Source: Spirochaetia bacterium
GTDB lineage: Bacteria > Spirochaetota > Spirochaetia > DSM-2461
Length of the DNA stretch: 64,000 nucleotides
Direction of reading: 5' to 3'
Assembly (NCBI GenBank): GCA_963668315.1
Contig: OY764216.1
Location: 4,064,001-4,128,000 of the forward strand
Below, piece after piece: positions 9,751 through 19,364 of the stretch (the stretch's first letter is position 1; every line of letters begins with the position of its first letter). Made by a program: the position numbers and the translations under genes. A model generated the notes under the pieces. The model was not told where the DNA came from and did not search any database. It saw only the letters and a program-made list of their open reading frames with translations.

Positions 9751-11127
9751 TCAGGAGAGGGAATCCACCAGGGCTTTGAACTGATTCCCCCTGTCGAATT
9801 CATTCAGAAACATTCCGAAGGAAGTTGCCCCGGGAGAAAGAATGACCCTGTCACCCGGTTCCGCCAGGCCGACGGCCTGGTCAAAAGCCTCTTTTAAAGA
9901 ACCATAGGGTCCCTGGTAAACGATCTTTTCCCGATCCATAATATCCATCATGCTGTCGGTGGCGCTGCCCTTGAGCAGAATGACGGCCTTGGCTTTCTGC
10001 ATTTTTCCCTCGAATACGGAGAAGTCCAGATTCTTGTCGGTTCCCCCGCAGATAAGCACGGGTTTATCCTTAAAGCTCTCAACGGCGGCAACCAGGGCGT
10101 CGGGTATGGTCGCGGCCGTGTCATTGTAAAACTCAACTCCCCTCTTCGTCCCGCACAATTCCATTCTGTGAGGGACGCCGGGAAAGCTCTTCACAGCTTT
10201 GACGACCTCTTCCCGGGCGATGCCGAAAAGGCGGGCCATGGAAGCGGCGATCAGCAGATTGCCTCTCAGGTGCCTTCCGGGAAGGGCGATATCGTCGGGA
10301 ACCAGAAGCTCCTCCCCCCCGCCGGAATTACGGAACCACCCCTGCCCGCCCTGAAGGCCGAAGCTGACCTGATCGGAAAAGGAATCATCCTCAGTGGAAA
10401 AAAGAAGAACATCGGCCTTCGTCTGATTCGGCCAGTCACGATGATTCTCCTTAATCGGCATCAAGGCCTTCTGACCGGGTTTCTGTTCGCTGTAGATAAC
10501 CAGTTTATCGTCTATGTAATCCTGAATACTTTCGTAACGGTTCTGGTGGTCGTGCATAATATTGGTAATAACGGCGATTTCCGGATGAAGGAGATCTTTC
10601 CCCCTCAGATCCGCCAGCTGCCAGGAGGAGAGCTCCAGCACGACCGGATCCTCCGGGTTCAGCTGATCCAGAAAGCTCAGGGGAGATATGGTGATATTCC
10701 CCCCCAGGCGGCTGCCGGGGAAGCTCTGTTTGAGGATATGGTGGAGGGCTGAAACGGTGGTGGATTTTCCCTTGCTCCCCGTAACAGCCAGAATGGGATT
10801 AGGGCAGAACATCAGAAAAAGAGACAAGTCGGTCTCTATCCGCCGGGCCATTTTCAGGTAGGGAGAATCCAGGGTAACGGCCGGATTCTTTATGACCATG
10901 GCGGCATTGCGGAAGTCCTCCTCCTCATGGCGTCCCAGTACGTAACGTATGGGCAGGCCTTCCAGCTCCTTAATGGTGGGAGCCAGGATATCGCGGTCCC
11001 TGAGATCGGTCACGGTGACCAAGGCTCCTTCTCTGGCGAGAAATCGGGCAGAGGCCAACCCGCCCCCGTTCAGTCCCAGTCCCATTACCGTTACCGGCAT
11101 ATCTTTAAGTTCTTCTCGGTTCATCAT
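9751..11127 (-). CDS. murD: UDP-N-acetylmuramoyl-L-alanine--D-glutamate ligase
   Basis: MGLGLNGGG, AVTGSKGKSTT, GGNI, LELSSWQL, PHRME, YNDTAAT, SPGATSFGMFLNEFDRG. Confidence 0.96.
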   Translation of the reverse strand: MMNREELKDMPVTVMGLGLNGGGLASARFLAREGALVTVTDLRDRDILAPTIKELEGLPIRYVLGRHEEEDFRNAAMVIKNPAVTLDSPYLKMARRIETDLSLFLMFCPNPILAVTGSKGKSTTVSALHHILKQSFPGSRLGGNITISPLSFLDQLNPEDPVVLELSSWQLADLRGKDLLHPEIAVITNIMHDHQNRYESIQDYIDDKLVIYSEQKPGQKALMPIKENHRDWPNQTKADVLLFSTEDDSFSDQVSFGLQGGQGWFRNSGGGEELLVPDDIALPGRHLRGNLLIAASMARLFGIAREEVVKAVKSFPGVPHRMELCGTKRGVEFYNDTAATIPDALVAAVESFKDKPVLICGGTDKNLDFSVFEGKMQKAKAVILLKGSATDSMMDIMDREKIVYQGPYGSLKEAFDQAVGLAEPGDRVILSPGATSFGMFLNEFDRGNQFKALVDSLS

Positions 11128-11312
11128 GGCACTACATTAGTACAATCCCTCCTTCTTTGCAATCATATTTCCCAAGAAAGAGAGTACGGAGAATCGGGAG
11201 GCTCCCCATTATTCCCCTTTTCACGGACCAGCCGATTTTACGGCATATCAGCACTGTTTATGAGAGAGGAAATTGAATATAATAAACCAAACTTTGACCA
11301 AGAGGCATTCCA

Positions 11313-13532
11313 TTGTACAGAGCAGTTCTATTACCTTTCCTATTTTTACTAACCATCATAAATACTCCGCCGCTCCTTTCCCAGGAGATGTCATCGGATG
11401 ACCCGGTAGTCGCCCTTGTTCTTGCCGGAGGGGGAGCCCTGGGATTCGCCCATGTGGGAGCCCTCAAAGTGCTGGAAGAGGAAGGCATTCATCCCGATCT
11501 GGTCATTGGGGCCAGTATGGGGAGCATCGTGGGCGGTCTTTACTGTACGGGCTACTCAGCGGAGGAGATTGAAAATCTGGTAATTGGAACGGATTGGAAG
11601 GAAACCATGCTGGACAATTACGACAGAAGGAAACTCAGCTATGAGAAGAGGAGAAACCAGCCTTCCTACAACATATCCCTGGGGACGGAAAAGGAGAACA
11701 GGGTTAGCGATGCGGGCTTGTCCCAGGCCCAGCATGTCATGGAACTTCTGGACGCTTACCTGGCGCCCTATACGACGGAAATGGATTTCGATGACCTCCC
11801 CGTCCCTTTTCGCGCCGTGGGAGCCGATTTGCTCACCGGAGAGAAGGTCGTAATGGGAAAGGGGGATTTAAAGAGGGCAATCCGGGCCTCCATGGCCGTG
11901 CCCGGCATATTCACTCCCGTGGAATACGGGGACCGGTTCCTCATTGACGGCGGGTGGGCGGAAAATCTTCCCACGACCGTGGCCCGTGAAATGGGAGCGG
12001 ACATTGTCATAGCCGTTTCCCTCTTCTCCTTGGAGGGAGACATGGACAAGCTGAATACGGTGGGGGCCGTCACCGCCCAGGCCGATCAGATCCGCACTCT
12101 GGAACGGTACAGAATGAGCCGGGAAGCGGCTGACCTGATCATATCTCCCGAACTTTCCGGGTATACCATGGCCGATTTCGAAAGGAGCGCCCGCCTCTCC
12201 GAGCTTGGATACCAGGCGGCGGACCGGATGCGGGGCGAGATCCGGGCTCTGGCCGATTCTCTGAAAAAGGACAGGCTCGCATCACAGGCCCGAACCTGTG
12301 ATGACAGGGTAATTCCCCTTTCGGCCATAAATGTCTCGATAGACGGGAATAGGGTCAGGGAGGAGAAACTGGAAAAGGAAATCACCGAGGCCCTGGGTGA
12401 CGCACCCCGGTTAAGTGAAATCCGCCAAAAACTGTATTCCCTTTACGACAGGGGCGATTATACCCATGTCTGGTACCGCCTTGTGCCGGCGGACGGGGAA
12501 AAGTTCACGATGGAAGTCGACGCGCCGGGCGGTATCATTCCGGAAAACAGTTTCAGCCTGGCCCTTGATTTTTCCAGCCAGGCCATCGAGGGACGCATAA
12601 CGGAATTCTCCCTGAAAACCTCCTACCAGCGCTGGCTGGACAACAGCAGGCGCAACCGGCTGGAACTGGAGCTCCGGCTGTCCGATTTTCCCTCCCTTGC
12701 CACGGAATTCGATCATAAATTCCCCGACAGGGATATGTCCCTCGGCGGGGAAGCCCACTTCAGAAGTGATACCCGGTACTTCTTCGAGGACAGCACCGTT
12801 TCGTCACTCTACGGCAGGCAGATTCTGGGAGCGGAGACCTATCTGGAACACTCCTTTTTTGACCGTTTCGATATTAAGGGAGTTCTGTATTATGACTTTT
12901 TCTGGATGGATCATCAGCTGGGCGTTGACTTCCTGGAAGATGAGACATGGCAGAGACTGGGGGCAAGAGGCATCATTTCCATTGATACCCTGGACAGGCG
13001 GGTCGTACCCAGGAAAGGGGTGAATGCGGTCTACCTGGTTGAGGGAGGCGTTGACAGAGAGGGAAACCGGATCGGATTCTATAAAACCGCCGGACTGGTT
13101 TACCTCTCCCTGACGGACTTCCTCGTGGCCGTTCCCCGCTGGGAAGCCCAGGGGCTTCTGGCAGGGACTCTCTCCCCCCTGGAAGCTCCCACTCTAGGAA
13201 ATTACATCAGCCTCTACGGATACTATCCCCAGGAACTGAGGGATGAGAACGCGGTCATGGGAGGAATGGAAATCCGGATAAAGCTGGCCAGCCTGCCCCT
13301 GGGAATCGGCAATGATGTCTATCTCGCCGCCGGGGGAAATTATGCCGCCCTGTGGGAGGACGACATACAGAAGCAGTATGACAACTACAGGGATTTCTAC
13401 GGTTTCGGGACCGGCCTTATCCTGAATACCATTCTGGGGGAAGTAAGCTTTACCATAAGCGGCAACAGGGACGGGAGGTTATCCTCTTTCTTCGGAATCA
13501 GCACTTCACTGCCCCTGGCGGAAAAGCTCTGA
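11313..13532 (+). CDS. Patatin-like phospholipase with probable POTRA and C-terminal Omp85-like beta-barrel (PlpD/type Vd-like)
   Basis: Signal peptide; GGGALG, GASMG and DGG motifs; C-terminal half has alternating aromatic beta-strand pattern (DTLDR..P.KG). Confidence 0.85.
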   Translation: MYRAVLLPFLFLLTIINTPPLLSQEMSSDDPVVALVLAGGGALGFAHVGALKVLEEEGIHPDLVIGASMGSIVGGLYCTGYSAEEIENLVIGTDWKETMLDNYDRRKLSYEKRRNQPSYNISLGTEKENRVSDAGLSQAQHVMELLDAYLAPYTTEMDFDDLPVPFRAVGADLLTGEKVVMGKGDLKRAIRASMAVPGIFTPVEYGDRFLIDGGWAENLPTTVAREMGADIVIAVSLFSLEGDMDKLNTVGAVTAQADQIRTLERYRMSREAADLIISPELSGYTMADFERSARLSELGYQAADRMRGEIRALADSLKKDRLASQARTCDDRVIPLSAINVSIDGNRVREEKLEKEITEALGDAPRLSEIRQKLYSLYDRGDYTHVWYRLVPADGEKFTMEVDAPGGIIPENSFSLALDFSSQAIEGRITEFSLKTSYQRWLDNSRRNRLELELRLSDFPSLATEFDHKFPDRDMSLGGEAHFRSDTRYFFEDSTVSSLYGRQILGAETYLEHSFFDRFDIKGVLYYDFFWMDHQLGVDFLEDETWQRLGARGIISIDTLDRRVVPRKGVNAVYLVEGGVDREGNRIGFYKTAGLVYLSLTDFLVAVPRWEAQGLLAGTLSPLEAPTLGNYISLYGYYPQELRDENAVMGGMEIRIKLASLPLGIGNDVYLAAGGNYAALWEDDIQKQYDNYRDFYGFGTGLILNTILGEVSFTISGNRDGRLSSFFGISTSLPLAEKL

Positions 13533-13573
13533 GGAAGCGGAGAGAGCTCCCTTTCTCAGCTAGATGACTCATT

Positions 13574-13617
13574 TGTAATCGTCTTGTAATTGTGGTGCAA
13601 TCCATTGAGTGTATATT
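13574..13617 (+). promoter_or_regulatory. OmpR/PhoB-type direct repeat (TGTAAT-N5-TGTAAT) followed by a -10 box TATATT
   Basis: TTGTAAT at 13573 and 13584 (11-bp period); TATATT at 13612-13617. Confidence 0.5.
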
Positions 13618-13622
13618 ACATA

Positions 13623-13741
13623 CAAGAGCAACGGGAACGAAGTTTCCCCTTATGATGATTATTGACTTGATAATGATACTTTTTTCATAAAACTCTCTCC
13701 ATTAGTTTTTTAAAGACCGGTCAACAGCCGGTCTTTTTTTT
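13623..13741 (+). ncRNA. Candidate ~120-nt small regulatory RNA
   Basis: Own promoter; 5' hairpin GGGAAC-GAA-GTTTCCC; anti-SD/anti-AUG segment TTTTTTCATAAAACTCTCTCC; strong terminator; no ORF of note. Confidence 0.5.
13712..13741 (+). terminator. Intrinsic terminator
   Basis: AAAGACCGG-TCAACAG-CCGGTCTTT followed by further T's. Confidence 0.85.
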
Positions 13742-13794
13742 CCCCTCCCCCTCGGTATTATCGATGCCGCGGGGGGAGGCCCGGACCTCGCTTG

Positions 13795-14325
13795 TCATTT
13801 AAGCGGATTATTCAGAATCGTCCCGATATCCTCCCTGAGGACGGGGAGAATTGCGGTAAAATCAAAAGTGAAATCCCTTTCTGTTCCCTTGATCCTATAT
13901 CTGAGGATTCCCCTGCCGCTTATGGCTTCTGCTTCCCCATGGAATTTAAAGGGATTATTTATCCACAAAACCCTGCCGAACAGGAGGGGGGAAACGTCAA
14001 AGACCTGAGGTTTGGAGTCCCCGAATCTGATAATACAGCTTTCGGGGGGATTGTCCTGGGTTTCAAAATACTCAAAGGTGATTGTCAATAAATAGGTGGG
14101 CGATTCGGTCAGCTGCCTTAAGTTCATGTATACGGTCATGGCTTTACCATCCCTCTGTTCAAAGGATGTACTGTACTTGAAGTGCCTGGTGCTGTAGATG
14201 GGATCGGTTCTCTCCCAGATCTGCCAGCCTCGGTATGAACGAACCGTATCCCAGGAATCTTCGCAGAAAAGAGAGAGGGGAAGAAGCAGAAAAAAGAAAG
14301 TTACTGCGAATTGAATCGGTTTCAT
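13795..14325 (-). CDS. Hypothetical secreted protein
   Basis: 176-aa ORF with signal peptide MKPIQFAVTFFFLLLPLSLFC; no family recognised. Confidence 0.7.
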   Translation of the reverse strand: MKPIQFAVTFFFLLLPLSLFCEDSWDTVRSYRGWQIWERTDPIYSTRHFKYSTSFEQRDGKAMTVYMNLRQLTESPTYLLTITFEYFETQDNPPESCIIRFGDSKPQVFDVSPLLFGRVLWINNPFKFHGEAEAISGRGILRYRIKGTERDFTFDFTAILPVLREDIGTILNNPLK

Positions 14326-14401
14326 AACATACCCTTTGTCTTAATTATAGGCTTTTTCCCTGCGGATTGTTCCGATTGCTCTCATTTTTCAGAAATCTCT
14401 C

Positions 14402-14938
14402 CTACCATCCATTCCTGTGGATAAGGCTATTCATATTTTTTCTGGGCCTCTGCTTCGGAGATTCATCGGCATAGCCGAGGGTAATGACTCCCACCACATA
14501 CTTATCCCCGGGAATATTCAGAACTTCACGCAGGTCATTCTGCTTATACCAGCCTACCCAGCAGGTGCCCAGGCCCAGCGCTTCCGCCTCCAGTATCATA
14601 TGATCAACAGCAAAAGCCGTATCCCGGATAATCTGCTTAAGCTCGGGAAAGGGGGCATCCTCGTCAAGGACCAGACCATCGGTCTCGGGGATTCTCGACT
14701 GAATGTCCGCGGCGCAGACAATCAGCACGGGAGCGGAGAGCATCCATTTCTGGTTATGGGATACTTCGACAATTTTCTTCTTCAGATCCACCTCATCGAT
14801 AATGATGAAGTGCCAGGGCTGCGTATTGCTTTCGGAGGGAGCCAGAGATGCGTTTTTAATCATTTTTTCTATGAGTTCATCATCTACCGGGGTATCCTTA
14901 TACTTTCTGATACTTCTTCTCTTTTCTATGATTTCCAT
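14402..14938 (-). CDS. Nitroreductase family protein
   Basis: RRSIRKY, APSESNTQPW, GLGTCWVG, LGYA...RPRK. Confidence 0.92.
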   Translation of the reverse strand: MEIIEKRRSIRKYKDTPVDDELIEKMIKNASLAPSESNTQPWHFIIIDEVDLKKKIVEVSHNQKWMLSAPVLIVCAADIQSRIPETDGLVLDEDAPFPELKQIIRDTAFAVDHMILEAEALGLGTCWVGWYKQNDLREVLNIPGDKYVVGVITLGYADESPKQRPRKNMNSLIHRNGW

Positions 14939-14980
14939 ATCTTATCCTCTTTCCTTGCCGGTAATCCCTTATCCCGGGAA

Positions 14981-16555
14981 TCACCCCTTATCCGAAAGGG
15001 TGACGGTGTTTCTGCCCCCGTTCTTCGATTTATACAAAGCCATATCGGCCCATTGGTAATACTTGTCAAAACCAAGACTCTCCTCTCCTTTGACAAGAAC
15101 GGCCCCTAGGGAGATTGTCAGTATGCCCGATGTGTTCGCCCCATTGGCGATATTCAGGTTTTCCACCGTTCTGCGAAGAATCTCCGCTTCCTGCATCAGC
15201 TGCTCCTCATTCTCGGCGGCTGTCAGAACGGCGAATTCCTCTCCGCCTACGCGAAAGAGGTAATCGGTTTTCCTCTTCAGTCCCTCATTCGCCGACCGGG
15301 AAACCATTTTGAGGATCCGGTCCCCCTCCTGGTGACCGTAGGTATCGTTGAAGTGCTTGAAGTGATCAATATCAAAAAGAATCAATCCCATGGTTCCCTT
15401 TTTTCTGCGCAGCCGGGAGTACTCCATCTCGGAGATCTGATCAAACATTCTCCTGTTCCAGATGGAAGTGAGCCCATCCCTGGTGGATAACTCCCCGACC
15501 AGTTCCAAGGCATTGTGCAGTTTGATACTCAGGATGAGAGAGATCACCAGAAACAGTCCCACAAGGACAATGGGCGCCAGGGAAAAAATGACATCCCCTA
15601 TGACAAGGGATCTTTCCGTTTCGAGGAGAAGCGACCATGATCCGGCGGACAGGGAATACCGGGTAACCAGCTTTTTTCCTGATCTGATGCTTTTTCCCTC
15701 CGGAAAAGCGTCGAGATCAAGAGAAGCCAGATGACCGTGCTTGGGATTTTCCCAGAAAAGATCTCCCAGAACGATATGCCTCTCTGTGAAAGGGATGTCC
15801 TGCCATGAGAGGATCTCGTCGATCCCTTCCTTGTTGATATCGATTCCTATGATGCCGATTATTCTGCCATCCATCCTGACGGGAATGCTGACGGTTACAA
15901 TCATTTCACCCCCCATGGGACTTACATACACATCTGTCCAGACGGGATTGCCCGCCGGGTTGGAGTCGGACAGGGCGTTCTTGAAAGAATCGGTTTCATA
16001 AAGGGTTTCGGAAAAAAAGTATGTCCCCCTGTCGACAGGGGGATAGAGATAGAGAAAATGATCCAGAGAAAGATAATAAATATAAGGGGTATCGGTAAAC
16101 CGTTCGCGGAGGGCTCTAAAGAGGGGGGTCAGATTGACGGCCATGGCCATCTCGGCGGCTTTCGGGCTGTTTTCCAGCGGTATGGGTCCCGATCCCGTTA
16201 TCGTTCCCCAGTCCGCTGAGGAAGGGTCGTCGGAGAACTGCAGGACATAACCCTGATTATTCGGCAGGGAGGCAAATCTTTGATGCAGGGAAAAAGGAAG
16301 GCTCCCGTCTCGGTCGAGAAATTCTCTGTTCAAATCCTTCAGTTTCTCTTCCGCCATATTTCTCATGGAAAAGATTGAGTACGTCCTCACTTCAATACCG
16401 TTCTCTATGAGTCCTTTCAAACGAAGGCCGGCATTTTCAATATTCCCTATCTGACTGCTGTAATAATGCTCAAACAGTCTTATATAGAGAAACAAGGAAA
16501 TAAAAAGAAAAAGTATAATAAAGACAAGCGTATATTTCCTACCCAGTTTCTGCAT
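14981..16555 (-). CDS. Membrane sensor diguanylate cyclase (Cache-like + GGDEF)
   Basis: Two TM helices flank a Cache-like domain (WTDVY); DGLT..WNRR, DIDHFK.FNDTYGH..GD, RVGGEEF. Start uncertain (ORF is open to 16633). Confidence 0.9.
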   Translation of the reverse strand: MQKLGRKYTLVFIILFLFISLFLYIRLFEHYYSSQIGNIENAGLRLKGLIENGIEVRTYSIFSMRNMAEEKLKDLNREFLDRDGSLPFSLHQRFASLPNNQGYVLQFSDDPSSADWGTITGSGPIPLENSPKAAEMAMAVNLTPLFRALRERFTDTPYIYYLSLDHFLYLYPPVDRGTYFFSETLYETDSFKNALSDSNPAGNPVWTDVYVSPMGGEMIVTVSIPVRMDGRIIGIIGIDINKEGIDEILSWQDIPFTERHIVLGDLFWENPKHGHLASLDLDAFPEGKSIRSGKKLVTRYSLSAGSWSLLLETERSLVIGDVIFSLAPIVLVGLFLVISLILSIKLHNALELVGELSTRDGLTSIWNRRMFDQISEMEYSRLRRKKGTMGLILFDIDHFKHFNDTYGHQEGDRILKMVSRSANEGLKRKTDYLFRVGGEEFAVLTAAENEEQLMQEAEILRRTVENLNIANGANTSGILTISLGAVLVKGEESLGFDKYYQWADMALYKSKNGGRNTVTLSDKG

Positions 16556-16766
16556 ATGCGATTCCACCGCCTTTTTTTGAAATATTCCATGGGATTCTGT
16601 ATACATTTTAGGATATTCTATGTACAGATTCAAAAGGATTGGAAAAAAAGTTCCTCCCCGATCATCCAGTGTCCCCCCGATAGTGGCTGCTAGGGCATTA
16701 TATCCATCAGAACGTCTTATCCGCCATGGCGGGAAAAGGGTCAGGGGCTATTGATACTGCCGCCCT

Positions 16767-17255
16767 CTAAACGGTGAAATCGAGCCTCATATCGAACCAT
16801 TTCTCCCCGCCGTGGCAGGATTTGGATACTCCTTGGTTTTTGAATCCGAACTTCCGGTAGTAGGAGATGAAATGCTCCTTGCAGGTAAGGATGATACCTT
16901 TTCTCCCCTGAGCCCGGCAGTCGGCGATAACCCGTTCCATAATCAGGGCGGCATAGTTATTTTTCCTCTGCCCCGGCAGTATGGTAACCCCGAACAGAGC
17001 CTGCCAATCGCCCTGCTCATTATGCATTGTACTTTGATCAAACATTTCATCAATGATGGTTTTTCTGTCTGTAACCATACCGTTAATGAATCCGATGATT
17101 TCGTTCTCCTTCTCGAGGAGCCAGAAATGCTCGGGATAAACGGCAAGGCGTGTCCTGAAAGACTCTTCCGGACATGCCTCTGCCGGGGGGAAACACGCAT
17201 TTTCTATATTCACGATGGCTTGTAAGTCGTCCATATGGGCTAATCGTATATTCAT
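16767..17255 (-). CDS. GNAT family N-acetyltransferase
   Basis: CFPPAEA, GFING, LTCK......Y.KFGF...G.S...HGG..W.DM. Confidence 0.9.
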   Translation of the reverse strand: MNIRLAHMDDLQAIVNIENACFPPAEACPEESFRTRLAVYPEHFWLLEKENEIIGFINGMVTDRKTIIDEMFDQSTMHNEQGDWQALFGVTILPGQRKNNYAALIMERVIADCRAQGRKGIILTCKEHFISYYRKFGFKNQGVSKSCHGGEKWFDMRLDFTV

Positions 17256-17331
17256 AAACTATCCTTTTTAAATTTTCTTATAGAATCTTCTTAAATATAT
17301 GACGGTCAGAACATCGTACCGTCCTGCCGGG

Positions 17332-18342
17332 CTATACCGAATCCCGTATGACAAGCTCGGGGGGAATGACCACTTTGCGCGCTTCCCTTCTCCCGGAGAG
17401 AAGATCGATGAGAAGCTCGCAGGTCTGTACGGAAATCGCCTTGGAGGGCTGGGCGACTGAAGTCAGATTCGGCTCAACAAAAGAACAGAGACCGATATTG
17501 TCGTACCCTACGACGGCGATGTCTCCCGGAACCGCTATGCCGCGCTTTTCCAGAGCCTTGATAAGGACAATACCCATAATATCGGTATGGGCGAACACGG
17601 CGTCGATCCGGTTCAGATAGGGTGAAAGGGTCTCCCACATCTCATCGATTTTCTCCAGATCATTTATGCCCTGTATGATCAGAGACTCATCGACCCCTAT
17701 GCCGTACTCCTCCAGCGCCTTCCTGTAGCCTAAGGTTCTCAGTGAGAACTCCCTCCGGTCCTCCGGACGGCAGAGACAGAGGATTTTCCTCCGACCCTTA
17801 TCCAGTAGACAGCGGGTAGCCATGTATCCCCCGGTTTCATGGTCACAGTAGACGGCATTGACACTGCCCGCTTCCAACGGGGGAATCTGATGGGAAAAAA
17901 CAAAGGGAATATTCCCCTTTTTCAGAAACTCCAGCGTCTTTTTCTCTATGGAGGAACTGAGGATAATGAATCCGTCCACCTTGCGGCGGTTGACCAGTCG
18001 TATGATATTATCCTTATTGGAGATGACATTTTTCTTAAAGGTGGTGAGGATATCCAGATCCCCCTCCTCAAGCTGATGCCTTATATGCTTGAGGAAGGTA
18101 TTGGTATAGAAATGGGGCTGGTCGTCATCGGCATCATCGTTGAGAATGATGCCGATGGTGCCCGTCTTGCTGGTATTGAGGCTTCGGGCGTTCGCATTGT
18201 ACTCGAATCCCAGATCGCGGGCGATTTTCTTGATTTCCTCGCGTTTTGCCGGGGAAACGCCGGGCTTCTCGTTCAGACAGCGTGAAACGGTAGAATGAGT
18301 GACTCCGGCTATACGGGCGATATCCTTTATGGTAACAGCCAT
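17332..18342 (-). CDS. LacI family transcriptional regulator
   Basis: TIKDIARIAGVTHSTVSRCLN HTH; VPGDIAVVGYDN...PNLTSV. Confidence 0.95.
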   Translation of the reverse strand: MAVTIKDIARIAGVTHSTVSRCLNEKPGVSPAKREEIKKIARDLGFEYNANARSLNTSKTGTIGIILNDDADDDQPHFYTNTFLKHIRHQLEEGDLDILTTFKKNVISNKDNIIRLVNRRKVDGFIILSSSIEKKTLEFLKKGNIPFVFSHQIPPLEAGSVNAVYCDHETGGYMATRCLLDKGRRKILCLCRPEDRREFSLRTLGYRKALEEYGIGVDESLIIQGINDLEKIDEMWETLSPYLNRIDAVFAHTDIMGIVLIKALEKRGIAVPGDIAVVGYDNIGLCSFVEPNLTSVAQPSKAISVQTCELLIDLLSGRREARKVVIPPELVIRDSV

Positions 18343-18426
18343 CTTTCCTTATTACGACCTCGGATTTCTATGATCCATAGTATTTTAATGGAAATGGCAA
18401 GGCCTTGTCCATATGAATAAAAGACA

Positions 18427-19308
18427 TTACCTTCTGGCAAATCCCATTCTTTCCATTCTCTGATAGACATCATCGGCACGGCCCGTAAAAGGCCCGGGCG
18501 ATTCCATTTTTATCGAGCAGAGCGCCGCCGCATAGAAAACAGATTCATAGGGATCGGCGGTGATTCGCTTGGACAGATAGGCGGCGAAAGTGGTATCTCC
18601 CCGTCCGGTCCTGCCCGACAGGTTTTCCGGATTGAAAGGCGCTCGGTATAGCTCTCCCCCGGTACAGACCAGCACCTCTTCGTTATGGGTGACCATTACT
18701 TCCCTGGCGCCCCACTGGGACAGGAGAACGGCCGCTTTCTCCCGGTCCTTTTCTCCGGTCAGGATCTCGGCCTCCGCCGCATCGGTCTTCAGATAGCTTA
18801 CGGAAGGCAAGAGATCCCTGGCCTGTTCCCACTGCCGGAACACCAGGCTCCCCTCCTCGCTGCATCTCAGCACCCCCTGAACATCCAGGGCGACCTCTCC
18901 CTTCCGTCCCAGGAAGGAGATGAAATCATCGGGTATTTCCCCCTTGAAGAGCCCCGCCAGATGATAGATTCTGCCCGAAACGGGAGGGAAATTATCCACC
19001 TCGAAGGCTCCGGCCTGGGAATCGAGGGTGATTTTTCTCCTTTCCCTGTCGGGAGAATCATATTCAAGGGTGATGCAGGTTGTCTCCGGGTCATTCAGCC
19101 TTAAGACGTCTACTCCCCTTTCCCGCATCACATCCAGGAGGGTATCGTCCTTTTCCGAAGCTTTCGTAACGACAAGGACCTGGGCGGCGGACCGGGCGGC
19201 GGCTATGGACGAATAGTAGACGGCTCCTCCGAGACTCTCCGAGCGGATTCCGAGGTCCAGCAGTGTGTCCTTACAGACATGGCCGAGCATAATGATATCG
19301 TATTTCAT
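18427..19308 (-). CDS. PfkB/ribokinase-family kinase, PPi-dependent myo-inositol-kinase-like
   Basis: GHVCKD, GGAVYY, LKTDAAEAE, GRTGRGDT, SIKME.PG. Confidence 0.85.
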   Translation of the reverse strand: MKYDIIMLGHVCKDTLLDLGIRSESLGGAVYYSSIAAARSAAQVLVVTKASEKDDTLLDVMRERGVDVLRLNDPETTCITLEYDSPDRERRKITLDSQAGAFEVDNFPPVSGRIYHLAGLFKGEIPDDFISFLGRKGEVALDVQGVLRCSEEGSLVFRQWEQARDLLPSVSYLKTDAAEAEILTGEKDREKAAVLLSQWGAREVMVTHNEEVLVCTGGELYRAPFNPENLSGRTGRGDTTFAAYLSKRITADPYESVFYAAALCSIKMESPGPFTGRADDVYQRMERMGFARR

Positions 19309-19364
19309 GATTTTTCCTAAATTGATAAGCTAACCGGGAGGAGAATTCCTCCCGGAGATATTTT

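Noticed and set aside
13669..13687. Fur-box-like GATAATGATA
   Set aside because: Only a half site, and it lies downstream of the predicted promoter within an AT-rich tract.
13659..13700. Minus-strand RBS + ATG giving MKKVSLSSQ*
   Set aside because: Only 9 codons; the flanking promoter and terminator are oriented on the plus strand, so it is better read as an antisense seed (not fully excluded).
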